Shown: positions 49,865 to 63,925 of the stretch, piece after piece
Layout: the number at the start of each line of letters is the position of its first letter
Numbering within the stretch: position 1 is the first letter of the stretch
Assembly: GCF_006345805.1 (NCBI RefSeq)
Contig: NC_043010.1
Span: 60,946,001-61,010,000 of the forward strand
Length of the DNA: 64,000 bases
Direction: 5' to 3'
Source: Octopus sinensis
Taxonomy: Eukaryota
Notes under the pieces: generated by a model
Seen by the model: only the letters and a program-made list of their open reading frames with translations
Databases searched by the model: none
What the model was told of the DNA's origin: nothing
Made by a program: the position numbers and the translations under genes

Positions 49865-51592
49865 TTCCTTACTATCCCTTGACCACTTAGCCATTGGAGT
49901 ATTCATTGACAACGTTGCAACCAGATTTTGTCACTTCTTTTGGTCTTTTGCTGCCTTCTGTCAGTCAGCAAAACTGAGGCCTGGCCAGTCTGTCTGCGAT
50001 GTTACCCTGGGCATTGACTGGTGAGGCATGGATCCCAGTCTGATTGTCAGCATCATGAATGTATGATGGGCAAGTTAACTTGGTGGCACCCAGGCTGTCA
50101 GCCACAACCATATGCCTCTACCTGAGACATGTCTTGGCCCTGAACACTAGGCCATTGATCTGAGCAAGTCCCTTTCTTGTGGTCAGGTGTTAATACTGGT
50201 GTTTAGCCTATTAAACTCATCCATAGCTCAAGGCTATCAGGCAGATAATAATAGAGATTGTTTTGCCAAATATATATGTGTGTATGTATGTATATATTTA
50301 TATATACATATATATATGTGTGTTTGTATTTCTAAATATGTGTGGATATATGTGAGTGTGATGGTGCAAGTCCGTGTAGTTAGGGTAATGGGTTCATGAT
50401 CATAAGGTATTAGGTTCAATTCCTGAACCAGGCAGTTCATTGTGCCCTTGAGCAAGGTACTTCATTTCACGCTACTCCGATCTCTGCCAGGATGAGTGCT
50501 AGTGGTACAGTTCTCTCTCTCTCTCTTTCTCTCTCTCTCCCTCCCCTTCCAGCTGTCACATCCTTGGATTTTCTGCTGAATCAAAGGTGGAAGAACCAAG
50601 GAGCTGTCTGTGTTTGATCCTGACTACACACACACTTAATGCAGTTGACAAAGCCATGGCCCATGCTACCAGGCCGAACTTGCTTGTCAGTGGATGCTGT
50701 TTTTCTTTTGTGATGTATGTATGCATGTGTATACATATATATATTTACAGCTATATCTATACATACATACATACATACACATATATATATAATAGAGGGT
50801 ATGAGACATTTTGGCATCACTGATTTGATGCTGACTTATTTGACATCAGACTTTTTAATGATTCCCTCATTCTCTGTTTCTCTCTCTCTCTTCTCCCTTT
50901 CTTCCCCCTCTCTCTGTCTCTCTCTCTTCTCTCTTTCTTCCCCACTCTCTCTGTCTCTTTCTTCCCCACTCTGTCTCTCTCTGTCTCTCCCTCTTTGTTT
51001 ATGTCTATGGGCATATTTCTCTCTGTGTATCAGGAGAGGAAAAGAGTTGATGTCAGTCATATTCTATTAATAAATTGTGATGCCTCGCTCTCTCTCTCCC
51101 CCTCCCTCTCTACCTTCTCTCTCCTTTTCCCTCTCTCACTCTCTCCATGTGTGCTTGTGTTTGAGTGTTTGCATCTACCACCGAAAAGCAGTCCCCAAAA
51201 CAAGCCAAATGGCCATCTCGGCTGTGCCAGATGATCAGCAGTCAAACAGCTGCGCCAAGTTGTCTCGTTCCGTATAATAGAAGGGTCCAAATCAAAAAGA
51301 AAAACTCAATGAAATTACCAAAACCAAAAAAGCATCTTTGTTCTGCCCTAACTCTGTCACTGATGTGGGTTGTGGGAGTAAAAAATACGGGATTCAACAG
51401 AAGTGCGGGAAAATCTTTCTTGTTTGCAGAAATGTTGTTTCATTAAGATAACAGTAAAAACTCTCTCTTGAAGATAAAAACCTTGTTGAAGGACAAAAGC
51501 AAATTGTTGGGAACTGTATCTGGGAACTTTAAATGGTCTTTATGGTTCAATAACCAAACTTTTCTCACTGGCTGCACACATATATATATATA

Positions 51593-51835
51593 TTCTTTTA
51601 TTCTTTTACTTGTTTCAGTCATTTGACTGCAGCCATGCTGGAGCACCACTTTTAGTCGAGCAAATCGACCCAGGACTTATTCTTTGTAAGCCTAGTACTT
51701 ATTCTACCGGTCTCTTTTGCTGAACTGCTAAGTTACGGGGACATAAACACACCAGCATTGGTTGTCAAGCGAAGGTGGGGGGACAAACAAACATGCAAAC
51801 ATATACACACACACACATACACATATATATATACA

Positions 51836-51872
<37 letters not shown>

Positions 51873-52027
51873 CAGGCTTCTTTCAGTTTCTGTCTACCAA
51901 ATCCACTCAAGGCTTTGCTGGGCCTGAGGCTATAGCAGAAGACACTTGCCCAAGGTGCCACACAGTGGGACTGAACCCAGAACCATGTGGTTGGCAAGCA
52001 AGCTACTTACCACACAGCCACTCCTGC
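51593..52027 (-). mobile_element. SINE family A
   Basis: Full-length copy. Confidence 0.9.
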
Positions 52028-52034
52028 ATCTATG

Positions 52035-52464
52035 TATCATTCTTAAACAAAAATGTTGTTGACAGTGACCTCAAAGTTTCAACCAGTTAAGCCATTGTCA
52101 GACTGTAATGCATAAAAGTTAATCTTTGATTTATATAGTCTCTGTTAGGTTTACACCTTCCTTAGGTATATGGGTTTGAATGGAATGGTAATTAGGTTGT
52201 TGGGGTGGATTGTTATGGAGAGGTGTTTTGAAGGAAATTTTATTAATTAAATTTGGGGTTATGTTGTTCATTAATTCATGTATGTAGAACTTTGTGAGTA
52301 AGTGTGTATGTTTAGGTATGTCCCTTTTGTTAGGAAGGTAAAAGACGGGTCTGTAATTTAGTTATTTTTGCTTTTATTGGATTTAATCCTTTGCAGTCCA
52401 GCAATGGCTTAACTGACCAAAACTTCAAAGTCACCGTCAATAATATTCTTGTTTAAAAATGATA
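52035..52464. mobile_element. Penelope-like remnant with ~70-bp inverted ends, each carrying a decayed hammerhead
   Basis: 52035-52105 is the inverse of 52394-52464. Minus strand reads acagt-CTGACAA-tggcttaactggtt-GAAACTTTGAGGTC-actgt. Confidence 0.6.
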
Positions 52465-52555
52465 AATCTTTACTCAACAAATGTATAAAGTGACCCATCA
52501 GATTAATGTAAAATTGTTTTTATTACAACTGGACATGAAAACAAACATTAATATA

Positions 52556-52599
<44 letters not shown>

Positions 52600-52616
52600 A
52601 AAACCCCAATATATAT

Positions 52617-52673
<57 letters not shown>

Positions 52674-52764
52674 ATTAATATTTGAGGAATAAAATCCAAA
52701 ACTTACAAGGAAAAAAATTCAATTTAGAAATACTAAATCAAATTTCACACAATATAATATATAT

Positions 52765-53071
<307 letters not shown>

Positions 53072-55524
53072 TATATATATATATATTATATATATATATA
53101 TGTATGTAAATGAGCCACATGTGTTGGATGTCTTGACATGCATGAGATGAAAGAGGTTTAGCTTCTAGAATACATTGTTTCACGAAGACCATCACTTCAT
53201 CAACAATTTCATGGGATGGGATTGTCATTAGGAATAATTAATTTTCATAATTAAACTTTAAAAAAAAGAATCGAAGAAAAACGCATAAATTAAACTACAA
53301 TTTATGATTTATTTCAGTAATTTCTATCTGAAAGTAAAAAAGAAAATGAATTAAAAACTACTTTTGGTCCACTGTGTGTGTATATATATATATATCTGTG
53401 TGTATATATGTGTATATTCTTTTATATGTGTGTTTGTGTGTATTCTTTTTCATATATGTGTGTTTGTATGTATTCTTTAATCGTTTTACCTGTTTCAGTT
53501 ACTGGACTCGCCATGCTGGAGCATCACCCTGAAGGGTTTTTTGCTGATCACATTGACTCCAGTACTAATTTCCAAGTGTGATGCTTACTTTATTGGTGTC
53601 TGTTTGCCAAACTGTTAAGTTATAGGACATCAACAAAGAGCACCACTGTGGAAGTGCTGTTAACATAAACACAGATATTAAGAAACACACACAGACACAC
53701 AGAGGGGTCAGGGCTAATCACAGGAAGGACATTTGGCTGCAAAAAACATCAATGCTTCAATAATGTGTATTATTTATCTAACCCGTGGTAGTGTGGAAAA
53801 AGGAACATTGCCGCAGAATCTGCCAAAACTAGACACCAATAATAAGCCTTGTCTAAGCCTCATTAGATTACACACGTGAAGTATATCAAACAATACCAAA
53901 TGAGCAATCCCTTCAGACTATGAATCCACAAGTACTTTACACTTTACAAGAATAAAGGACATCAAAGAATGCCATGACTAAGATGTAAAGAATTCGCAGT
54001 TGGGCAGAACAGGTGTGCATTCCTCAACATCATCCTCATCACTATATAACACTTCTTCTTTCATGCTGGCATGGGTCGGAGAGTTTGATAGGATCTGATG
54101 GGCAGTAAGTAAATTACATTGACCCCAATATTCAACTGGTACTTATTTTATTGACCTCGAAAGGATGAAAGGCAGAGTTGATCATCATCATCGTTTAACG
54201 TCCGTTCTCCGCACTAGCACGGGTTGGACGGTTCGACCAGGGTCTGGGAAGCCAGGGGCTGCACCAGGCTCCAGTCTGATCTGGCAGTGTTTCTACAGCT
54301 GGATGCCCTTCCTAACGCCAACCACTCCGTGAGTGTAGTGGGTGCTTTTTACGTGCCAGGGGAGTCTGGCATCAGCCACGATCGGTTGGTGCTTTTAACG
54401 TGCCACCAGCGGAAATTAATCTCAGAAAGTGAAAATGGACGAAATGCCGCTAAGCATTTTGCGTGAAGTGCTAAGGATTCTGCCAGCTTAATATCGGTTT
54501 TAAATTTTTGGCTCAAGGCCAGGATTTGGGGGTGGGTGGGGGGTAAGTCAATTACATTGACCCCAGTACTCAACTGGAGCCTATTCTATCAACCTTGGAA
54601 AGATGAAAGGCATCACTCTTGGCAGAATTTGATCTCAAAGTGTAAAGACAGATGAGATGCTGCTAAGCATTTTGTCCAGCTTGCCACATAAATAATAATA
54701 ATAATAATCATTATCATCATCATTTAACGTTTGCTTTCCATGCTGGCATGGGTTGGATGGTTTGACTGACATCTGGAGAGCCAGCGGCTACACCAAGCTC
54801 CAATCTAATCTGGCAAGGTTTCCATAGAGTGTAGCAGGTGCTTTTTATGTGCCACCAGCACAGGAGCCAGTCAGGTGGGCCTGGCATCGATCACATTCAG
54901 ATGGTGCTTTTTATGTGCCAGTCAGGGGGTCACTGGCCACAGCTACGATATTGGTTTTACTTGACTTGGTTTCAAATTTTGGCACAAGGCTAGCAATTTT
55001 GCAGGAGGAGGTAATTCACTTATTGTGACCTCAGTACACAACTGGTACTTATTTTTATTGATTTCAGAAGGATGAAAGGCAATGTCAACCACAACAGAAT
55101 TTGAACTCAGAGTGTAAAACCAGACAAAATGTTGCTAAGCATTTTGCCCTTCATGCTAATGACTCTGCTATCTTGTGCCACCTTAATGCCACATTTTATT
55201 CAGTGCCACAGAGTGTTGTCTCTCCTTCCAGGTGTAGATTGCTACCTGACTCTCCTGTCTTCACTCTAAAGAATTAAGTCTTCAAATATTGAACTTCTCT
55301 CAGCAGTTCTCTTGGTGCACAAGAGCAATCCATTTTTGTGGAGAGCCTTTAGATTACTCCCAATGCCTTAGTGATGTTGATGCTGTGAAGGGACCATAAC
55401 TAGGACCAGTCATTCTGAAGGCTGACACCAAGAATCTTCTCAAAGTCCAACAATTCTTCACTTGTTTTCTCGGGATCGTTCCACTTCCAGGCTTTGGTAT
55501 TTTAGTTATTTGGAAATGGGGTTT

Positions 55525-57172
55525 CTTTTACTGTTTTCAGTGGCCATGCTGGGGCACCACCTTGAAGAATTCTAGTTGAATAAATAGACCCCAATACTTT
55601 TGATTTTTTAAACTCTGGTACTTATTGTACTTTTCTTTTTTTGCCAAACTGCTAAGTTACAGGATGTAAACACACCAGCACCAGTTGTCAAGCAGTCGTT
55701 GGGGACAAACAATGATACGCACACAGGTGTATCATCATCATCATCATCATTTAATGCTTGTTTTCCATGCTGGTCTGGTTTGATAGGAGCTGCTGGGCTC
55801 CAGTTCTCTGTTTTCCACAGCTGGATGCCCTCCCTAACACCAACCACTCGACAGAGGGTACTGGCTGCTTTTATGCAGCACTGGCACAGGTGCCTTTTAT
55901 GATGGGCTTCTTTCAGTTTCTGTCTTTCAAATCCACTCACAAAGTCTTCGTTGGCTTGAAGCTATAGCAGAAGACACTTGCCCAAGGTGCCACGCAGTGG
56001 GACTGAACTCGGAACCATGTGGTTGGGAAGCAAGCTTCTTGTTACACAGCCACATCATTATTAGAATTCTCTGATGGTATTTGGGTTGCAGTTTTCTTCC
56101 CTGGTTCGTCGTTTAACGTCTGCTTTCCATGCTAGCATGGGTTGGACGGTTTGACTGAGGACTGGCGAACCAGATGGCTGCACCAGACTCCAATCTTGAT
56201 TTGGCAGTGTTTCTGCAGCTGGGTGCCCTTCCTAATGCCAACCACCCCGAGAGTGTAGTGGGTTATACAGAATATTTAAAAAATATTCCTGCATTGATTT
56301 GCAAATTGTCTTCACCAGGAATAGCATTGGGGTCTTTCTGGAGTTTTTGACAACACCCAAGTCTTTGCTTATCTTTTATCTTTTACTTGTTTCAGTCATT
56401 AGACTGTGGCCATGCTGGGGCACCACCTTAAAGGGTTTTAGTCAAACAAATCAATCTCAGGACTTTTTTTTTTAAACCTGGTACTTATTCTATTGGTTTC
56501 TCTTGCTGAACCACTAAGTCATGGTGACATAAACAAACCAACACCAGTTGACAAGCAGTGGTGGTGGACAAACATAGACACAAAGATATATACACATATA
56601 TGATGGGCTTCTCCCAGTTTCCATCTACCAAATCCACTCAAAGGATTTGGTTGACCCAAGGCTATAGTAGAAGACACTTGCCCAAGGTTCCATGCATCAG
56701 GTCTGAATCTAAAACCATGTATTTGGGAAGCAAACTGCTTGCCACGCAGCTAGTATTTCAGTATCAACATAGTTATGGTGAGGGTGGCTGTACTAATAAC
56801 TGGGAGGCACAAGAGTGGCTGTGTGGTAAGTAGCTTGCTTACCAACCACATGGTTCTGGGTTCAGTCCCTCTGCGTGGCACCTTGGGCAAGTGTCTTCTA
56901 CTATATCCTCAGGTGAACCAAAGCCTTGTGAGTAGATTTGGTAGATGGAAACTGAAAGAAACCCGTCATATATATGTATGTGTTTGTTCCCCCAACATCG
57001 CTTGACAACCGATGCTGGTGTGTTTATGTCCCTGTAACTTAGTGGTTCGGCAAAAGAGACTAATAGAATAAGTAGTAATCTTTACAAAGAATAAGTCCTG
57101 GGGGGCGATTTGCTCGTCTAAAGGCGGTGCTCCAGCATGGCCACAGTCAAATGACTGAAACAAGTAAAAGAG
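55525..57172. mobile_element. Cluster of SINE family A copies (55525-56052 -, 56368-56750 -, 56804-57172 +) and RTE tails
   Basis: Same diagnostic head, core and tail sequences. Confidence 0.85.
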
Positions 57173-57599
57173 TATACATTTGGGAAAAGTCTATTGTAAA
57201 ACTAACGTTTCCAAGACCTTCCCTATGGCTACTTCACTCTGGATTCATAAACTCTTCAAGAGGACATCGTTGGCTGCAACAGCTTGATTTCTGGCCCCAC
57301 AAGAGGGCCATTTATGTATGTATCACTGCTTCAATGTCCATTTTCCTATGCCCACATGGATCGAGCAGAATTTTGTTCAGGCGGATTTTCTACAGCTGGG
57401 TGCCCTTCCTGTCACCAATCCTCACTTTTTAGGCAAGGAAATATTTCCCCATAACCAGACAAAACATTGGAAATGAAGGAGACACCACTTGCATGGCAGT
57501 GACACTCATTTACAGCTATCACATGATATCAAGGCAAGGAGACGATACCAAATCCATTCAGGTGTGAGTGAACAAATGAAAATATCACTCAACACATTG

Positions 57600-58885
57600 A
57601 GCAGGAATTACACATTTTTTATAAGTTTAACTCAACTTCCCATAACTTAAAGTTTTTGTGATTGTGTAGGACATGACCATCTCATCAGATGCTAAGAGCA
57701 GAGTTGGTGCTTTGAGAGAAATTTAAGATGACCTCTGTTGGTCAGCTCAAGTCACATGGCATTAATGTTATCAAAGCTACCCCAACTGTTTTCTTTATTA
57801 GATTCATATATTCTAATAAGATGTTGACAGGTTGCTTGCAGCATAGTGTGTTCAGCAACATTAGTGCCCTGTATTGAGTACCACACATGGTGGAGTGAGT
57901 TGCTGATGCAAGTTAGAAGATCAGTCATGATTCGTTAACTGCAACAGTCTTTACATGAGGTATTTGATGATGATGTTGAGTTACTATTGAGGCTGGTTGA
58001 CCAACATGGCTGGGCTGTAGTTTATATGGGTGGAGGGGGCAGAGATTAAATACCCTGCCCTCATATGTGGGATAGCTAGGCCTAGTGTGGTATATCTGGG
58101 TTGTTAGCTGCCTGTAGCTTGAAGTTCATCGTCAGGGCTTACCTTTGGTGGCAATAATAAGATAATTCATTCTTCCTTTGATGGTTGGTGGAATATGTGT
58201 TGTCTCTCTTGCAGACAGAATTGGCAATTGCAAGCTCTAGATGATTATAAGGGTGGGGCACAACAATGACACTCTATTTGATGTTGGGGAATTCATTTCA
58301 ATGGTCAGAGTATTCAGATGAAGCAGTACAGTGAAGTGGGAGTCTTCACAATCCCAGCATCAGGAGTGCATATGCTGTGTATACCTTCCCTTAAAGTTAT
58401 TGGATGTCATGCACATCCAGTGTCTTGTGATGCCATTGGATGGTGTGAAGGAGGCTCCATAGACTATAGCTTTTGAGAGGCAGGGTCCTTCGAGTAGACA
58501 GTTGGTAGAATTTTAGTACTTGTGATTCAGGGTCAGTAGTTTGTGTTTATTGTCGTATGTGATGTATAAGCAGGAGTAAGTGATCTTGACGTTGTGGGGA
58601 TTGAAGGGTTTATAACATCTACAGGGTCTAAGAAAATGCTTTTTCATTAGCATCAGGCAGCCCCTAGCTATGTTAGTTGAAATTTCTAGGTTGACTGGAA
58701 GATTGCATTAGATTATTATTTTCTTTCTGATTCTCTGAGTTGACCAACAGACGCCTAAACATCTAGAAGCTATCTTGAATTTCTTTATAAGTCCCACTCT
58801 GCCCCTTGTATCTGATGAGATGGACAGTCCTAAGTGTCCAAGTCCTGTGGAGCTGAGTCAAAACTATTACCAAAAGTATATGTAC
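57600..58885 (-). mobile_element. Old Penelope-like element remnant
   Basis: 58740-58561 translates RKKIII*CNLPVNLEISTNIARGCLMLMKKHFLRPCRCYKPFNPHNVKITYSCL, resembling the PLE RT-to-GIY-YIG linker (RKIIWFNPP..TNIG..KHFP..IFN..VKxSYSC). Inverted ends both contain tCTGATGAgatgg. Confidence 0.6.
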
Positions 58886-59087
58886 AGTACATATAGTTTA
58901 TTTAAGCTAAATCCAGATTAAGAGGTCAGTGGATCAGCCTAAATAAACCTTTACACTTTATTCTGGTATTGAATACTACTTTCTCCTTATTTTCAAAATC
59001 TTACTTTAAACATTTCTGCATTTTCATGGATTTATTTTTCAGACCCTTTTGAACTTCCCTCTTAGTACATTTGGCTTATTTTATATT

Positions 59088-59317
59088 ATTCTTTATTGCC
59101 CACAGGGGGATAAACATAGAGGGGACAAACAAGGAGAGACAAAGGGATTAAGTTGATTGCATTGACCCTAGTACATAACTGGTACTTATTTAATCAACCC
59201 CAAAAAGATGAAAGGCAAAGTCAACCTCAGCGGAATTTGAACTCAGAACGTAACAACAGGCGAAATACCACTAAACATTTTGCCCGGTGTGCTAACGATT
59301 CTGCCAGCTCGCAGCCT
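59088..59317 (-). mobile_element. SINE family B
   Basis: Full-length copy. Flanks show a duplicated cttagtacatttgg. Confidence 0.85.
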
Positions 59318-59639
59318 TAGTACATTTGGTTTATTGCCATAATGACCTACAGGTCACCTGATACAGTGTCATAGCAAACAAGCTATCTTATGTAATGTTT
59401 GATGGAGATGGAGGTCACCTGTACTCCGGACTCAATGGGAGGGAAATCCTACTGTGTACTGCCCTGTGTCCTAGGGGTCATCTGAGGCATTAACAATCCA
59501 CAATAATGTAGATGCCACATGAACCAAGAGCTCACCATGGAGATGCACAATATGGCGATCCTGAGGATTTATGAAACTGATTTAAACATTGATAATAAGA
59601 GGGATGCAGAGAACGGATGTGTGGGTGCATATTTAATTA

Positions 59640-60015
59640 ATTAGTTCATCATTGTCGACAATGACGAAGGCCATCACATGGGAGAAAACATCCAGCCGTG
59701 GCCAATCAGTCTGATGTGTACACGAAAGGTTCTGCTGCAGGCGGAGCACTGGTTACCTGTTGGGACTGAAAGCAGGAGTTGGCAGTGGACTTGTGCAGTC
59801 TGCGCCTTCTTTGTGCCCTTACAATTCTGTTCATAAGAGGTGGCACCTCTGCTGGAGCAGCTTCACCAGGCAGGGTGGGGTCTTGTGCTTGTGCTTCCCA
59901 AGTGTCGGGGTTGATCTCAGAACATTTCAGTGATGCTTTGACTGTGTCCTCAAAGCACTTTTTCTCTCTGCTTTGCCTGCACTTGCCATCTAGGGCGCCA
60001 CGAACAAGGTGGCCC
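59640..60015 (-). mobile_element. RTE (BovB-like) LINE C-terminal fragment, a second RTE family
   Basis: GKCRQSREKKCFEDTVKASLK..WEAQAQD..CSACSRTFRVHIRLIGH, a terminal CxxC..H motif. Confidence 0.7.
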
Positions 60016-60354
60016 ATGCTCTCTTCACAGAGAAGAGAATGGAAAAGAGACACACAAGACTGCAACAATAACAAACGCAACAATGACAATGGTTCTTTGT
60101 TTTAATGGTTACTTTATTATTAATTTTTTGATTATTTTAAACAGTTTTTAGTGGAACAATGGTGAATGAGACAGACACAGGGCCTGAGATGGATCGAGAC
60201 TGTATACATATATATATGTGTGTATGTATGTATATATGTATGTGTGTGTGTAGTAGCGAGTGGGAGAGTAAGTTTCCAGCTGTGTGTATATATACATATA
60301 TACACACACAGACACACATCTGTGCAAGCACACACATATATGTAAATTAGTGTA

Positions 60355-60812
60355 TATAATTATATATATATATATATATACACATATGTAAAAAGATATG
60401 TGTGGTGTGTGTGTATATATGTAAAGCTATGTCATTAATTTACTGAAATTGATTAAAAAGTGGACTACCTTTCAGGTGTAGTACTTAATACAAAATATAA
60501 GTGTAGAGTACCATAGCTTTGTTATTTAAGAGCTTGCACTACAACTCCTAAATCATAATGCAAACTTTTAAATAATTATATATATATATATATATACACA
60601 TATGTAAAAAGATATGTGTGGTGTGTGTGTATATATGTAAAGCTATGTCATTAATTTACTGAAATTGATTAAAAAGTGGACTACCTTTCAGGTGTAGTAC
60701 TTAATACAAAATATAAGTGTAGAGTACCATAGCTTTGTTATTTAAGAGCTTGCACTACAACTCCTAAATCATAATGCAAACTTTTAAATAATTATATATA
60801 TATATATATATA
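60355..60812. repeat. Apparently identical 216-bp direct tandem duplication
   Basis: 60381-60596 is repeated from 60597, with junctions in (TA)n. Confidence 0.9.
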
Positions 60813-61651
60813 CACACATACACAAATAAATGGTGTACGTATGTGTGTGTACATATGCACATATATATTGTTAAATTAGTTCCACACACACATAACTGAA
60901 GGTGTATGTTATTGATAACAGGATTTACTACAATCAACAAAAGTACTCAATGCTAGGAATGCAGAGCTAAAGTAATCATTCATGGACTTCTCACTCTGAT
61001 GGGAATCATTTTAAAATGAAACAAGTGGTTTGAAGAACAAAGGTATTATATACATGTATACATACACATGAACATATACATACATATATAATTCAAGTGT
61101 GTGTGTGTGTGTAGGTGTGAGGAGACAGAGAAACAGAAAGTGCATAGTTGTGTATACATATGTATGTAAACATAAAGATGTATCAGTCGATAGCCACATG
61201 ATCTTTTTCTTTCTCCATCAGAAAGCCGGCTCTGTTATTACACTAGACAAGGCCCAAATCTATTTTTATGGAGGACTGGAAGTTGAACAACCAGATGGTG
61301 TAGGCCATTGGGATAGCGAGGAATATGGCACATGTTAATGTTAAACACCCACACGCCCAGAGTTTGGTGATGCGAACGGTGATAACGTGAAAGAATACAT
61401 GTATAAAAACATTGTACACACACACACACATTTGCTGATATCATACAATATGTTTAATGTATCTGACCCATGGATAAACCACACAGGCCTCTACACTTAC
61501 TGTGGATATATATCTTATTAATCATATTGTTTGTGGTTTCAATATTCATTTATAACATGCTGTGATGGCAAAATAGATACAGACATTCATACATATATAT
61601 ATATATATGTATATATATATATCCCACCGCTGCCACAATATAATTTTTATA

Positions 61652-62028
61652 GGCGCAGGACTGGCTGTGTGGTAAGTAGCTTGCTTATGAACCACATGGT
61701 TCCGGGTTCAGTATCTTCTGCTATAGCTTTGGGCCGACCAAAGCCTTGTGAGTGGATTTGGTAGACTGAAACTGAAAGAAGCCTGTCGTATATATGTATA
61801 TATATATATATGCATGTGTGTGTATATGTTTGTGTGTCTGTTTGTCCCTCTAGCATTGCTTGACAACCGATGCTGGTGTGTTTACGTCCCCGTCACTTAG
61901 CGGTTCGGCAAAAGAGACCGATAGAATAAGTACTGGGCTTACAAAGAATAAGTCCCGGGGTCGATTTGCTCGACCAAAGGCGGTGCTCCAGCATGGCCGC
62001 AGTCAAATGACTGAAACAAGTAAGAGAA
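61652..62028 (+). mobile_element. SINE family A (internal deletion in core)
   Basis: Head and tail intact. Confidence 0.85.
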
Positions 62029-62754
62029 TATATATGTATGTATGTATATATAAGTACAGTGTCAATCCGTTGTATGCGTTGTGGATAAATATACAGAGTC
62101 ATGGATGTGTGTGTTTTTCAGCAGTGTGAAATATCAATGAAGCCAGTCCACAGGTTCTTCACCCACAGCTGACAAAAAGAGGACCCCCATGGGGCCTAAT
62201 TTCACAGCGGGATGAAATATATAGAATTATTCAGATTTTAGTCAATGCTGCATGATGTCATGTAGAGATATGTACACCTGGTCCTTATACACACTGTATG
62301 ATGCAACACAGACAGATATATATAAACACCTGCTCTCTATATACTGTATGAGTAAAAATACATCCATATATTTACACTAGTCTCAATATACTATTTTATG
62401 TAATATAGGCATATATATACATACATATATATATACATACCTGATCTTTGTACTGTATATAAGTGTGGACAGTAATAAGAAGTCAGCTGTATTAGGTTCA
62501 ATCCCTGTGTAAGGATCCCATCAGTGACTGTGTGCCCCCTTTTTAACAGTCTCCGTTAGAACTACGAATAAACCCAGTCTTATTAGGGGCTTCAGTATAT
62601 TGGAGAGATCTAATTTGCATATAATACTTCATCAACAGCTCCACTGATTAATGAATCATCAGTGAATTAACAGGGCTTTTGTTTCATTAGAATACTATAC
62701 TAGATAACAATCATTTCTATGTATATGTGTATGTGTGTGTATGTATGTATGTGA

Positions 62755-63055
62755 TGGTGCGTGGCTAAGTGGTTAGGGCATTCGGCTCATGATCGTAAGT
62801 TCATGAGTTCGATTCCCGGTGACGTGTTGTGTCCTTGGGCAAGGCACTTTATTTCACGTTGCTCAAGTCCATTCACCTGACAAAAATGAGTTGCTCCTAT
62901 ATTTCAAAGGGTCGGCCTTGTCACACTTTGAGAACTACATTAAGGGTACACGTGTCTGTGGAATGCTCAGCCACTTGCACATTAATTTCATGAGCAGGCT
63001 GTTCCGTTGATCATATCAGCTGGGACCCTCGTCGTCGTAAACCGACGGAGTGCTC
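62755..63055 (+). mobile_element. SINE family C
   Basis: tRNA head tggctaagtggttagg..gagttcgattcccgg plus CORE gtgtccttgggcaaggcac. Confidence 0.8.
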
Positions 63056-63323
63056 CTTTTTCCTTTATTTTTTTATGTATGTACGTACGTATGTAGTAAA
63101 CATGAATTAAACTTACAAAAGCTGATGACACACAGCATTTGTTGAGTTGCTACACAGAAACTCAGAGTCCTGAATCTAAGTGTTCCACACATGTGTCATT
63201 TTATGTGTGTGTGCAGAAAGAGAGGGAGAGAGAGAAGCAATAAATAAAAACAAAGATGGGCCCAATGCAGGGGTCTCTTGCAATATTTGTGTATGTGATT
63301 GAATATATTTTTATTAGGGAACA

Positions 63324-63474
63324 GCAGAGGTTACGGAATGCCTCAAAGGCTGAGGGTTTCACGTAACAGAACTTACCAAACTGGTATCAAATTAATTCCA
63401 ATAATGTGAAACCAGTTTGCTCAGTTCCAGTGCACGAAACTCTAAGCCTTTGAGTCACACTGTAACATCTGCAG
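63324..63474. repeat. Fold-back element (~70-bp imperfect inverted arms)
   Basis: ctcaaaggctgagggtttcacg..caaactggt is mirrored by accagtttg..cgaaactctaagcctttgag. Confidence 0.7.
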
Positions 63475-63499
63475 ATTAATAAAATAAATATATATATAT

Positions 63500-63822
63500 A
63501 CTCATGTGTTTGAGTTCTATTTATTCTATTTTCCTGTTTATAGTATCAATAAATATGTATATGATATATATATATATATATATATATACATACATATATA
63601 TGAAATACATAGGTATATACACACACACATATCATTGTATGATATATACATACATATATATATGTGTGTTTATATATATATATATATATATACACATATA
63701 TCATTATATATGATATATATACATATCAGGTATATATATATATATACAATATATGCATGCATATGTTTGTATATGTGTGCATATTTGTACATAAATTCAA
63801 TATGTACATATGCATACATACT

Positions 63823-63885
<63 letters not shown>

Positions 63886-63925
63886 GCATCAATATAGAAC
63901 CAATATATATATATAGAGAGAGAGA
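63500..63925. repeat. (TA)/(CA)/(TG) low-complexity tract
   Basis: Directly visible. Confidence 0.95.
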
